Assembly (NCBI GenBank): GCA_045629745.1
Contig: JAZQRU010000004.1
Span: forward strand, 29,614-93,613
Direction of reading: 5' to 3'
DNA length: 64,000 nt
DNA from: Eubacteriales bacterium
GTDB taxonomy: Bacteria > Bacillota > Clostridia > Oscillospirales > CAG-272
Of the stretch, positions 49,612 through 58,690 are shown piece by piece (position 1 is the first letter of the stretch; each line of letters starts with the position of its first letter). A program made the translations under genes and the position numbers. Under the pieces are notes generated by a model, which saw only the letters and a list, made by a program, of their open reading frames with translations, did no database searches and was not told the origin of the DNA.

Positions 49612-49698
49612 GCCGGTATGGTGGAATTGGCAGACGCGTCGGACTCAAAATCCGAAGGTAGCAATACCGTGTCGGTTCGACCCCGACTACCGGCACCA
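49612..49698 (+). tRNA. tRNA-Leu (anticodon CAA), long variable arm, CCA encoded
   Basis: GCCGGTATGGTGGAATTGGCAGACGCGTCGGACTCAAAATCCGAAGGTAGCAATACCGTGTCGGTTCGACCCCGACTACCGGCACCA. The acceptor GCCGGTA pairs with TACCGGC, the anticodon loop is CTCAAAA, and there is a class II variable arm. Confidence 0.95.
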
Positions 49699-49733
49699 AA
49701 AAATCGACAAGCTCCTGCTTGTCGATTTTTTTA
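49699..49733 (+). terminator. Rho-independent terminator of tRNA-Leu
   Basis: A perfect 12-bp stem aaatcgacaagc (49701-49712) / gcttgtcgattt (49717-49728) followed by a T-run. Confidence 0.75.
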
Positions 49734-49923
49734 TCCATTGCGAAAGCTAAGGCATTTCTTAACGCTAGAGCGCGTATCTCATCCGACTAAAAGAATATCT
49801 GTTTAGTCGAGTATATCATTGGCCTAATCTGCATTCCCCTTAGCAACAATGATATACACAGCTGTGCTGTGATTTTAAAGGCAAAAATCCAAAAATTCTT
49901 TGACTTGTAAGCTTTCTTAAAAG

Positions 49924-49964
49924 GCGCGAGTTTGTCGTAAAAACGATGAGCTTGCTCTTTTTTT
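49924..49964. terminator. Hairpin plus T-run downstream of the 160-aa membrane protein gene; carries the 22-nt repeat (49926-49947)
   Basis: gcgcgagtttgtcg-taaaaa-cgatgagcttgc, a G-U-rich stem, followed by tcttttttt. It lies 8 nt from the stop of the convergent CDS at 49972. Confidence 0.45.
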
Positions 49965-49971
49965 AAAAAAA

Positions 49972-50454
49972 TTAGCGTTTTCCTTTGTTTTTCTCGGCAT
50001 AGAGCCTTGAAAAAGCACGTTCAAAGTATCTTTTTATGTAGCCCTGCTTTCTGAATTCCTGAGTATACATTATAAATTCAAATGCCACGAATAGTATCGG
50101 AAGGGCGGAAATTGCCGCGTGATAAAAGCATTGCCAGATAAGAACGCAAAGCAATGCAAACCACACGATATGGTAAATAGGTGCGGTAACAATTACACCG
50201 CGAAGCTCGGTTACACCGTTGTTTTCCGTGAGCTTTCCCTTAAAATAAGTTCCCACAAGAAAGCCGTTATCTTTTGTCGAGTGGTTAATCATTTCACAGG
50301 TTACCTTGATTTTTTCGCCCTTTTCTTTAACGTGCATAAGAGGCGTTCCGCGCTTTTCGTCAAATCTTACGTTTGAATTTACGCGTCTCTTATCGGAAAT
50401 AAAGCTGAGAACCTCGTTACGCGGAGCTTTGATTTTCAAATTTACAAATTTCAT
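49972..50454 (-). CDS. Hypothetical membrane protein (160 aa)
   Basis: The ORF has two predicted TM helices, 'IYHIVWFALLCVLIWQCFY' and 'AISALPILFVAFEFIMY'. No family is recognised. Confidence 0.55.
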   Translation of the reverse strand: MKFVNLKIKAPRNEVLSFISDKRRVNSNVRFDEKRGTPLMHVKEKGEKIKVTCEMINHSTKDNGFLVGTYFKGKLTENNGVTELRGVIVTAPIYHIVWFALLCVLIWQCFYHAAISALPILFVAFEFIMYTQEFRKQGYIKRYFERAFSRLYAEKNKGKR

Positions 50455-50458
50455 AAAA

Positions 50459-51607
50459 CTATTCTCCGATGCATGAATACAAAAGATTGCGAAGTCTTGG
50501 AACTACGAGAGAATGAAGACCGCCCATATGCTCTGCGTGGAACATTGAAATTCGCGTTTCGGGGCTCACAGAAGCATAACATAGCTTCGCTCCGTCCCAA
50601 CCGAACTCACCAACCGGAGCAATATTTCCGTAAGGATGGGGATTTATGCAGCATCTTACTCCGTAGCCGTAGCCGTAGCCCTTACAATGCGAAAAATCAA
50701 ATCCCTTCATTTGCACGTCGTTAAGTGCGTTTGCTCTCATTAAATCAATTCCGTACTTCGATATAATTCTCTCTCCGTTTTTGCCAACACCGCCCATAGC
50801 AAGCGCATCGGCAAAAAGTATATAATCGTCAACAGTACTGTAAAGCCCGGCGCCGCCGCTTTCATACTCCGTTCCGAACTTAAAAACGTTGCTCTCGGCG
50901 GGAATTATTTTTCCCTCGCCCGTTTCGGTGTCATATTCGTATTTAGTTGCAAGGCGCGACCTGAGATTTTCGTCAAGAGTAAAGGCCGTATCCTTCATTC
51001 CGAGCGGTTCTAAAATATTTTCTTTGACGTATTCCGAAAGCTTCATACCCGAAACCAGCTCGATAACACCGCCGAGAACGTCATAGGAAAGACCGTATTT
51101 ATAATTGCTTCCCGGGGTAAAATCAAGCGGTGATGCCGCAAGCGCACGGCATACGTCAAGTGTTGGCGCTCTTCCGTCAGTAAGCTTTTTAATTCCTTCG
51201 ATTTCGGGCTTGTTGAGGGCGTAGTTCATACCGCTTGTCATAGTCAGAAGATGCCCGATAAGTATAGGCTTTTCAAGCTTTTTCGTTCCAACTGCTGCGC
51301 CATTTTCGTCATAAACCTTTTCCTCGGTAAATCTGTACTCGGGAATATACGCATATAAGGGGTCTGTTGGGAGCATTTCGCCTCTCTCGATAAGCTGAAC
51401 TGCGGCAACGGAAACTATTATCTTTGTGCAGGAATAAATACTGTAAACAGCATCGCGTCTTACGGGAGTTTTAAGTTCAATATTGTCATATCCAGAAGAG
51501 TATCTGAAGATTTCCTCGTGATTTCTGTATATTACCGTATCAGAGCCGGGAACACCGAGCATTGGAAGATGGTAATCAAGAAAGTCCTTAAGCGGCTGAA
51601 AATTCAT
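50459..51607 (-). CDS. Serine hydrolase, beta-lactamase/transpeptidase-like (class C/esterase family)
   Basis: 382 aa with the SxxK nucleophile motif 'IYSCTKIIV' and overall AmpC/EstB-like length and pattern. Confidence 0.85.
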   Translation of the reverse strand: MNFQPLKDFLDYHLPMLGVPGSDTVIYRNHEEIFRYSSGYDNIELKTPVRRDAVYSIYSCTKIIVSVAAVQLIERGEMLPTDPLYAYIPEYRFTEEKVYDENGAAVGTKKLEKPILIGHLLTMTSGMNYALNKPEIEGIKKLTDGRAPTLDVCRALAASPLDFTPGSNYKYGLSYDVLGGVIELVSGMKLSEYVKENILEPLGMKDTAFTLDENLRSRLATKYEYDTETGEGKIIPAESNVFKFGTEYESGGAGLYSTVDDYILFADALAMGGVGKNGERIISKYGIDLMRANALNDVQMKGFDFSHCKGYGYGYGVRCCINPHPYGNIAPVGEFGWDGAKLCYASVSPETRISMFHAEHMGGLHSLVVPRLRNLLYSCIGE

Positions 51608-51619
51608 ATTTTCCGTATT

Positions 51620-54022
51620 TTACTCCTTAAAGTTTATAACTGTGACACCAGCATCACCCTCGCCGTAATTTCCGTGGCGGAAAGATTTAATTCGACTGTC
51701 TGTTTTAAAGTATTTCCAAAGTGCCGCACGAAGAGCGCCCGTTCCCTTTCCGTGAATAATTCTTACGGAAGGAACTCCTGCAAGAACCGCGTCGTCAAGA
51801 TATTTATCGACAACGTACCAAGCGTCGTCGCCTATCATTCCGCGGACGTCAACCTCCAATCGAAAGCTCGAAACTATAGATTTCTTAACCTTGCCCTCGG
51901 ATACGGGCTTCGGTTCCTCGCGGCGCTTGAATTTAACGTTTCCGTCAATTAAGCGGAGCTTATCCTCGGTAACCTTGGTTTTAAGTATTCCCGAGGTAAC
52001 GGCAATGAGTCCTTTTTTATCCTTTGCCGCCGTAACGACGCCCTCTTTGCCAATTGTTACAAGGTACACCTTATCTCCAACGACAAGCTCGCGCGGAAGC
52101 TTGTAATCCTCCTCGAGTGTAATTTCCTTTACGTCAATTCCGTCAAAAAGAGATTCTGCGGAATTTAAGGATTTGCGTATTTCCTCACGCGCAACACGCA
52201 TAGCCTCAAGTCGCTTTTCCTTATCGTCTTGCTTGCGGATATTTTCAAGCTGTCCAAAAATAAACTCACTTGAAGCACGTGCACTATCCAAAATCTGCCT
52301 TGCTTTAAGTGTCTGTTTTTGGATTTCTTCTTCATTCTTCGCCATTCTTCGCTTCAAATCCTCTTCAGACGTTTTCTTAAAGCTTTCATATTCGCGGCGG
52401 AGAGCCTCTGCCTTTTCGCGCTCCTTTTCCATCTGTATTCTGTTGACGTCAAGCTTCTCGATAACGTCTTCAAATCTCTTGTTATCGCGCTCGATAAGCT
52501 TGTTTGCGCGAGATATAATATCAGCGGGAAGTCCGAGCTTTTCCGATATTGCAAATGCGTTTGATTTACCGGGCGAGCCTACGATAAGCTTATAGGTCGG
52601 TCTTAAGGTTTCTACGTTAAACTCACACGAGGCATTCTGTACTCTCGGGGTTTCAAGTGCGTAAACCTTAAGCTCCGAGTAATGCGTTGTAGCTGCTGTT
52701 AAAGCTCCTCTTCTTTGAGTTTCTTCGAGTATAGCGGTGGCAAGTGCCGCCCCCTCTACAGGGTCTGTTCCCGAGCCGAGCTCGTCAAAAAGAACTAAGG
52801 ATTTTTCGGAAACGCGCGAAATAATATCAACTACGTTTACCATATGCGAGGAAAATGTCGAGAGCGACGCCTCAATACTCTGCTCGTCGCCTATATCAAC
52901 GAGAATTTCCTCAAAAATACCAACCGTAGAGCTTTCATCTGCGGGTATTTCAAGTCCCGCTTCAGCCATAAGCGTAAGAAGTCCCAAGGTCTTAAGGCTT
53001 ACCGTTTTTCCGCCCGTATTGGGACCTGTTATTATAAGCGTATCAAAATCGTGTCCTACGGATATATCAATAGGAACAACCTTGTCGCGCGGTATAAGAG
53101 GGTGACGCGCTCTTTTTAGGTCGATAACTTTATTTTTCGTTATTTTGGGCATTTCCGCCTTCATATTTATCGCAAGCGTTGCTGCCGCAAAGAAGAACGA
53201 AAGCTCTGTTATGTTGTGATAGTCAAGCATTATCACCGACGAGGAATCCGCAACGAATGAGGAAAGCTCCGAAAGAATACGCTCAATTTCGTGAGCTTCC
53301 GCTGCTGCAAGGCTCTTAAGCTCGTTATTGGCTTCAACCACCGACATAGGCTCAACAAATAGCGTCGCGCCTGACGAGGAGGTGTCGTGAACAAGTCCCT
53401 TAACCTCGTTTCTGTATTCTGCCTTTACCGGCACAACGTAGCGCCCGTTACGCATTGTTACGAGGTTTTCCTGAAGATATTTAATTCTCTCTCCGCCAAT
53501 ATAGCCTTGGAGAGTTTCTTTTATTTTATTGTTTGTTACCCTGATTTTACGTCTTATATCGGCAAGCAGAGGGCTTGCCTCGTCTGCTATCATATCCTCC
53601 GAAATAATAGCTCGCGAGATTTTTTCTTCAAGCTCGCGGTTCGTTATAAGCCGCCCGAAGATTTCGTCAAGCGAGGTTTCAAAAAGCTTGTCCGCGTTGA
53701 TATAATCAATGCACATTCTCGCACTTCTCAAAAGCGACGCAACGTTCAAAAGCTCTCTTTGAGATAAAACTGCCCCTTTATAAGCGCGCTCCGCTGCCGC
53801 GGGCACGCTCTCTTCCGCGTAAAAATGCGGATAACCCTTTGAGTTTATAAGTCGTTTTGCGTCAAAGGTTTTCGTCTGGCGCAAAATCACCGTGTCAAAG
53901 TCACTTATCGGAACAAGGGATTTCGCCATATTGCGCGCGCCCTCAGTTGCACAAAGCTCCGAAAGCGCCGCTATTATTTTATCAAATTCAAGTGTCTTTA
54001 GCGTTTTTTGAGTAAAAAGCAT
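51620..54022 (-). CDS. mutS2: Endonuclease MutS2
   Basis: 800 aa with Walker A 'ITGPNTGGKTV', a coiled-coil middle region and the C-terminal Smr domain 'RIIHGKGTGALR'. Confidence 0.95.
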   Translation of the reverse strand: MLFTQKTLKTLEFDKIIAALSELCATEGARNMAKSLVPISDFDTVILRQTKTFDAKRLINSKGYPHFYAEESVPAAAERAYKGAVLSQRELLNVASLLRSARMCIDYINADKLFETSLDEIFGRLITNRELEEKISRAIISEDMIADEASPLLADIRRKIRVTNNKIKETLQGYIGGERIKYLQENLVTMRNGRYVVPVKAEYRNEVKGLVHDTSSSGATLFVEPMSVVEANNELKSLAAAEAHEIERILSELSSFVADSSSVIMLDYHNITELSFFFAAATLAINMKAEMPKITKNKVIDLKRARHPLIPRDKVVPIDISVGHDFDTLIITGPNTGGKTVSLKTLGLLTLMAEAGLEIPADESSTVGIFEEILVDIGDEQSIEASLSTFSSHMVNVVDIISRVSEKSLVLFDELGSGTDPVEGAALATAILEETQRRGALTAATTHYSELKVYALETPRVQNASCEFNVETLRPTYKLIVGSPGKSNAFAISEKLGLPADIISRANKLIERDNKRFEDVIEKLDVNRIQMEKEREKAEALRREYESFKKTSEEDLKRRMAKNEEEIQKQTLKARQILDSARASSEFIFGQLENIRKQDDKEKRLEAMRVAREEIRKSLNSAESLFDGIDVKEITLEEDYKLPRELVVGDKVYLVTIGKEGVVTAAKDKKGLIAVTSGILKTKVTEDKLRLIDGNVKFKRREEPKPVSEGKVKKSIVSSFRLEVDVRGMIGDDAWYVVDKYLDDAVLAGVPSVRIIHGKGTGALRAALWKYFKTDSRIKSFRHGNYGEGDAGVTVINFKE

Positions 54023-54026
54023 TTAT

Positions 54027-54800
54027 TTAAGTTACCTCTTTGTAAAATTCAAGAGTTTTGAAGCTTCTTTCAAGCTGGTTTATAAGATAATCCTCACAAG
54101 CACCCGCAAAAAGCTCCATATCCCCGTCGGGTAATGTAAATGAAAAAATCTTTTCAATAGGCGCAAAAATACAGTAAGCAAGAGCAGTTTTTGCCCCCTC
54201 AGAGAGTATTCTCACGATATGGCTCTCATGCGGTGACTCAGGCTCGGTATGAGCTTTTCTTTCTCTTTCGCAACACGCGTAACACTTAATCGAGCCGCCC
54301 ATAATATCAAAATAAAAGTTTCCGCCCTTTTCTCCGCAGGCAGAGCACGCAAGCACGTCTGGCATAAAGCCGAGAATAGACGCCGCCCTGATTTCAAATG
54401 CCGCCTTGATTTTGTTAAGGGGATATTTTTTATTTGCTATTGCAAAAAGAGAATTCAAGGAAAGCCTTAAAAGCTCCTTTTCTTCCGTCGCAACTGTAAC
54501 GTCAGAAAGCACGTCTGCAATATATGCGGCAAGAGCCAAGCCCTCAATTGAATTTCTCAAATCAAAGAAGCTTTCGATAAGCTCTGCTTCCCTAACGTAA
54601 TAATGCTCACCTTTTTTGAAAAGAAAGAAGCGAGAATAGCAAAACTGCATAGTCGAGGACATTTTTCGGCTCTTAAGAGAGCGAGCTCCCTGCGCCAAAG
54701 CGGAAAGCACCCCCATCTCTTCCGTAAAAATCGTTATAAGCCTGTCTGACTCTCTAATATCAGTCGTTCTTATTACAAGCCCTTTTACTTCCGTTATCAT
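54027..54800 (-). CDS. recO: DNA repair protein RecO
   Basis: 257 aa with the OB-fold N-terminus 'VKGLVIRTTDIRESDRLITIFTEEMG', a Cys-rich zinc motif 'CSACGE...CYAC' and the era-recO synteny. Confidence 0.9.
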   Translation of the reverse strand: MITEVKGLVIRTTDIRESDRLITIFTEEMGVLSALAQGARSLKSRKMSSTMQFCYSRFFLFKKGEHYYVREAELIESFFDLRNSIEGLALAAYIADVLSDVTVATEEKELLRLSLNSLFAIANKKYPLNKIKAAFEIRAASILGFMPDVLACSACGEKGGNFYFDIMGGSIKCYACCERERKAHTEPESPHESHIVRILSEGAKTALAYCIFAPIEKIFSFTLPDGDMELFAGACEDYLINQLERSFKTLEFYKEVT

Positions 54801-55687
54801 ATATTATCTTCGTTATATCCGAGATTTTGAATATTGAAATCGCTATCGCGCCAGTTTTCCTTAACTCTTACGTAAAGGTCGAGAAAAACCTTGCTGTCAA
54901 GCATTTTTTCTATATCCTCACGCGCATACGTGCCAACCTTTTTGATGTTTGATGCTCCCTTACCTATAATAATTCCCTTATGAGATGCCTTTTCACAATA
55001 GATTTCCGCGCGAATTGAAACAGTACCGCGCTTTTCGCACCACTCCTCTATTGCAACCGCCGTGCCGTGAGGAATTTCCTCGTCAAGCATTCTTAGGAGT
55101 TTTTCTCTTATTATTTCTGCCGCCAGCTGTCGCTCGGGCTGGTCGGTAACTATATCCTCAGGGAAAAACCACTCACCCTCGTCAAGAAATTGACGGCATT
55201 CGGAAATCACCGTGTCAACGCCCCGTCCGTTCTTTGCGGAAATCGGAACAACTGCCTCAAAATCAAATGCCGCGGCATAAGCTTCAATTGTTTTTGCGAT
55301 ATTTGCGGCTCTCACCGTATCAACCTTATTTATGACGAGTATCGCGCGCATTCCGTTTGCCTTCATTCTGTCGATAAGCTGACGTTCAATATCTCCGACC
55401 TCTTCTCTCGCTTCAACTACTAAAATCGCGTAGTTAACACCGCCGAGCGTATTTGAGGTTGTCTTAACCATAAAATCGCCAAGCTTCGTTCTCGGCTTAT
55501 GGAGTCCCGGCGTATCGAGAAAAACTATCTGGTCCTCGCCATCGGTATAAATTCCCGTAATGCGATTTCTCGTCGTTTGGGGCTTCTTTGAAACTATTGC
55601 AACCTTTTCACCGAGAATTGCATTAAGAAGGGTTGATTTTCCCACGTTAGGTCTTCCTACTATTGCTATAAAACACATTCTTTTCAT
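54797..55687 (-). CDS. era: GTPase Era
   Basis: G motifs '[12 protein letters not shown]', 'DTPGLH' and 'NKVD', plus a KH domain. The ATG at 55687 follows GGAG. The track start at 55699 is a TTG overlapping the RBS. Confidence 0.96.
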   Translation of the reverse strand: MKRMCFIAIVGRPNVGKSTLLNAILGEKVAIVSKKPQTTRNRITGIYTDGEDQIVFLDTPGLHKPRTKLGDFMVKTTSNTLGGVNYAILVVEAREEVGDIERQLIDRMKANGMRAILVINKVDTVRAANIAKTIEAYAAAFDFEAVVPISAKNGRGVDTVISECRQFLDEGEWFFPEDIVTDQPERQLAAEIIREKLLRMLDEEIPHGTAVAIEEWCEKRGTVSIRAEIYCEKASHKGIIIGKGASNIKKVGTYAREDIEKMLDSKVFLDLYVRVKENWRDSDFNIQNLGYNEDNI

Positions 55688-55701
55688 TTTAAACTCCAAA
55701 T

Positions 55702-56175
55702 TTATACTTCAAAACTGTCGCAAATTTCTCTTTGTATCCTGCACTGACGCTCGTCGTCTTCGGCGCTTCTTTCGTGGTCGTAGCCGAGAAGATGCAAAAC
55801 CGAATGAACGGTTAAAAAAGCTACCTCCTCAAGAAAAGTGTTGCCGAGTTCTTTCGCCTGCTCGCGCGCTCGCGGAATTGAAATAACAACGTCACCGAGC
55901 ATAGCGCCCGAAATACATTCGTTCATATCAAAATTTCCACCTTCGTAAAGCGGAAATGAAAGCACATCGGTAGCCTTATCCTTATTTCTATACGTTTTAT
56001 TCAAATTTCTGATGTAATCCGCGTCGCAAAGGGTTACGGAAACTATTGCATCATAGGGGAATTTTTCGTGCTTAAGAGTTGCCTTAACCGCGCGTCTTAT
56101 AACGCACTTAAAATAATAATCTATCTCGGGAAAATTTCTCGTTTTTGAAAAATTTATCTTAAGTGTCTTTTTCAT
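55702..56175 (-). CDS. ybeY: rRNA maturation endoribonuclease YbeY
   Basis: 157 aa with the zinc site 'HSVLHLLGYDHE'. Confidence 0.93.
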   Translation of the reverse strand: MKKTLKINFSKTRNFPEIDYYFKCVIRRAVKATLKHEKFPYDAIVSVTLCDADYIRNLNKTYRNKDKATDVLSFPLYEGGNFDMNECISGAMLGDVVISIPRAREQAKELGNTFLEEVAFLTVHSVLHLLGYDHERSAEDDERQCRIQREICDSFEV

Positions 56176-57190
56176 TTTTGCTCCTTACGTCGTGTGTGAA
56201 GCGCACGGCGCTTTTCGTTTTCTGTTCTCTTTCATATTTGTCGTAAGCGGAAATTATCCTTCTGACAAGGCTGTGACGCACTACGTCACGCTCCGAAAAC
56301 TCAAATACCGCAATACCCTCAATGCCCTCAAGAATTTTTTTGGCTATAGCAAGTCCGCTTTTTTTGCCGAGAGGCAAATCCGTTTGCGAAAGGTCGCCCG
56401 TAACGACTGCCTTTGAGTTAAAGCCAAGACGCGTTAAAAACATTTTCATTTGTTCAGGTGTCGTATTCTGCGCTTCGTCAAGAATTATAAACGAGTCGTC
56501 AAGCGTTCTTCCTCTCATATAGGCAAGAGGCGCAATTTCTATTGTTCCGCGCTCAAGATATTTCTGATAATTCTCTGCGCCGAGCATCTCGTAAAGCGCG
56601 TCGTAAAGCGGTCTTAAATAAGGGTCTATCTTGCTCTGCAAATCTCCGGGGAGAAAGCCGAGTCTTTCGCCTGCCTCAACCGCAGGGCGCGTAAGAATTA
56701 TTCTGTTTATTTCTTTGTTTCGGAGAGCCTCGCAAGCCATTGCAACGGCAAGAAACGTCTTTCCGGTTCCCGCAGGCCCCGTTCCCAAAATAACCGTATT
56801 TTCCTTGATAGCCTTAACGTATCGCTTCTGTCCTACGGTTTTTGCTTTTATGGGCTTTCCTCTGTTCGTCACACTTATTACGTTATCAAAAAAGTTCTTT
56901 TCTCCGCCGTCAAGGTTATCCTTTACAAGTCCTATAACGTATTCAACGCTCTGTATGCTTACACTCTCACCGTTTCCGACCATTCTTTTGAGATAGTCGA
57001 GCGCTCTTACGGCAAGTGACACCGACTCTTCGTCACCGGATACGACCAAAGCATCTCCGTCGGGCGAAGTTTTATTTCTGTTTGAAATTTTAACGGAAAA
57101 AGCATTCTCGATAAGCTTTATATTGGCATCAAAAGCTCCAAAAAGCAGAGAGGTTGCCTCGTTTGAGTTTGTCGTTACAATTTTTTCCAA
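56159..57190 (-). CDS. phoH: PhoH-family ATPase
   Basis: 343 aa with Walker A 'GPAGTGKTFLA' and the phoH-ybeY synteny. Confidence 0.93.
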   Translation of the reverse strand: MEKIVTTNSNEATSLLFGAFDANIKLIENAFSVKISNRNKTSPDGDALVVSGDEESVSLAVRALDYLKRMVGNGESVSIQSVEYVIGLVKDNLDGGEKNFFDNVISVTNRGKPIKAKTVGQKRYVKAIKENTVILGTGPAGTGKTFLAVAMACEALRNKEINRIILTRPAVEAGERLGFLPGDLQSKIDPYLRPLYDALYEMLGAENYQKYLERGTIEIAPLAYMRGRTLDDSFIILDEAQNTTPEQMKMFLTRLGFNSKAVVTGDLSQTDLPLGKKSGLAIAKKILEGIEGIAVFEFSERDVVRHSLVRRIISAYDKYEREQKTKSAVRFTHDVRSKNEKDT

Positions 57191-57192
57191 AT

Positions 57193-58371
57193 TTAATCTC
57201 CTGTTTTGCCTTCAAAAAAATGAAATTCCAGAGCCACACCAACCTCTGAGGTGGCGACGTACTCAGTCGCGATAATATAATTTCCGTCAGAAAATTCACC
57301 GCGCGTTCTGAGCTTTAGAAGAGTTTTATCCGAAAGAGATCTATTCAAAGCATCTCGCATTCTCTTAGCGCCAAGCCTTATCATTTCGTCTTTCGTATAA
57401 GAAACGTCGTATTCTTCGTAAAAAACACGCCATTCATATTCGCGCGACAAAGGAAGCTTCTTTCCGAAAAAGCTTAAAAACTTGCGTTTTTCTTTTATTA
57501 TATCACACTCTGTTTCCGTTTTTCTATAATTTTTAAAAAATTTAAGAGAAAAATTAAAAAAATTTATATTTTTTCTATATATTTCGCGGCCGACTACCTT
57601 TTTTTGAGTTTCCGTCTGAGGTATAACAAGTGAAATTTCGTCAAGATATCTCCCGATAACCTCGCCCTCTGCGTAGCAAAATCCGCCTCCAAGCTCCGCA
57701 GGGATTACTCCCGAAATAAGTATTTGCCCCTTTTTAACAGTTTCGCCCGCTTTAACTAGCGCAACTCCGCGCCTTAAAATTATTTCCTCAATTACGCAGT
57801 CACGCGTTGCAACGATATTTGCATAGCCGCTTTTAAGCTCTTCCTCATACGAAAGCTTCTCAATAACCTTGATATAGGCAACAGTTCCCCTTTGGTTTAT
57901 GTTAATCCAGGAAACGTTTTCACTTACCGAAAGCATTTCCGCTTCGATTTTAGCTTTATCTATTTTGCGAAAAGGCGTACCCACGGAAAAACCAAGCTCC
58001 GAAAGCTCGGTAAGAATTTCCTCTTCTTTTTCAGGGCTCGCCCCATCAATTCTTATATCCCAAACCCGCGAGCTTGCAAATGTGCACAAAAAAATCGACA
58101 GTAATAGCGCTAAGGATATGCCAAAACGCATTTTATATTTTTGCAATACTCCAAAAAGCCCCAAAGGCTCGCTGACTGAGCAAGAAATCTTACCCGAAAT
58201 CAAGCTCTCAATTCTTTTGTATTCTTTTTCGGAAATGAGAAAGCTTGAATTTTCGATTTTTACGGAAAGCCCAGTCTTTAGAAAAAGATTCAGCGCATTT
58301 TTTAAATCCTTTTCCTCAATTGTGATTTTACGGTAGCCGAAAATAAGAAAATCAATTCTTGGTATTAGCAA
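57193..58371 (-). CDS. yqfD: Sporulation protein YqfD
   Basis: 392 aa with one central TM segment, at the conserved yqfC-yqfD-phoH position. Confidence 0.8.
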   Translation of the reverse strand: MLIPRIDFLIFGYRKITIEEKDLKNALNLFLKTGLSVKIENSSFLISEKEYKRIESLISGKISCSVSEPLGLFGVLQKYKMRFGISLALLLSIFLCTFASSRVWDIRIDGASPEKEEEILTELSELGFSVGTPFRKIDKAKIEAEMLSVSENVSWININQRGTVAYIKVIEKLSYEEELKSGYANIVATRDCVIEEIILRRGVALVKAGETVKKGQILISGVIPAELGGGFCYAEGEVIGRYLDEISLVIPQTETQKKVVGREIYRKNINFFNFSLKFFKNYRKTETECDIIKEKRKFLSFFGKKLPLSREYEWRVFYEEYDVSYTKDEMIRLGAKRMRDALNRSLSDKTLLKLRTRGEFSDGNYIIATEYVATSEVGVALEFHFFEGKTGD

Positions 58372-58633
58372 TTTCTATCACCTCAAGCTTCCCTGAAATT
58401 TCCACGCTTTTATCCTCGTAAAGCGAAAGTGAAAGTGTGTCCCCTTTAATCTTCAGGCTATGATGCGGACATTTTAAGGAAAGGGATTTTTCGGAAAGCT
58501 CCGTCACCCTGCGAACCCCCGACACCAAGACTCTGAAGCCATCACCCGATTTATCAATTTCAGCGTGAAAATCCGAGCCCTCAGCTAAAAGACTTGAAAC
58601 TATTTTTTTCACTTTTTTTATTCGCTCAGGCAT
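58352..58633 (-). CDS. yqfC: Sporulation protein YqfC (YabP family)
   Basis: 93 aa with a YabP-like beta-rich core '...GFRVLVSGVRRVTELSEKSLSLK...LKIKGDTLSL'. It overlaps the yqfD start. Confidence 0.8.
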   Translation of the reverse strand: MPERIKKVKKIVSSLLAEGSDFHAEIDKSGDGFRVLVSGVRRVTELSEKSLSLKCPHHSLKIKGDTLSLSLYEDKSVEISGKLEVIEIANTKN

Positions 58634-58690
58634 TAGCGCACCTCGGCTTTCATAAATCTTTAGTAAAGTCTATGAAGGTCGGTAAAAATA

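Noticed and set aside
49618-49806. 62-aa ORF listed in the track.
   Set aside because: It starts inside tRNA-Leu and reads through its terminator, so it is not a gene.
58634-58690. Possible sigma-E-type promoter for yqfC-yqfD ('CATAGACT' about 33 nt upstream of the ATG, resembling CATACAnT).
   Set aside because: The -10 element has a mismatch. I cannot find a convincing -35 element at the right spacing. The candidate 'CATTATT' is only 12 nt away and overlaps the divergent start codon, so this is too weak to call.
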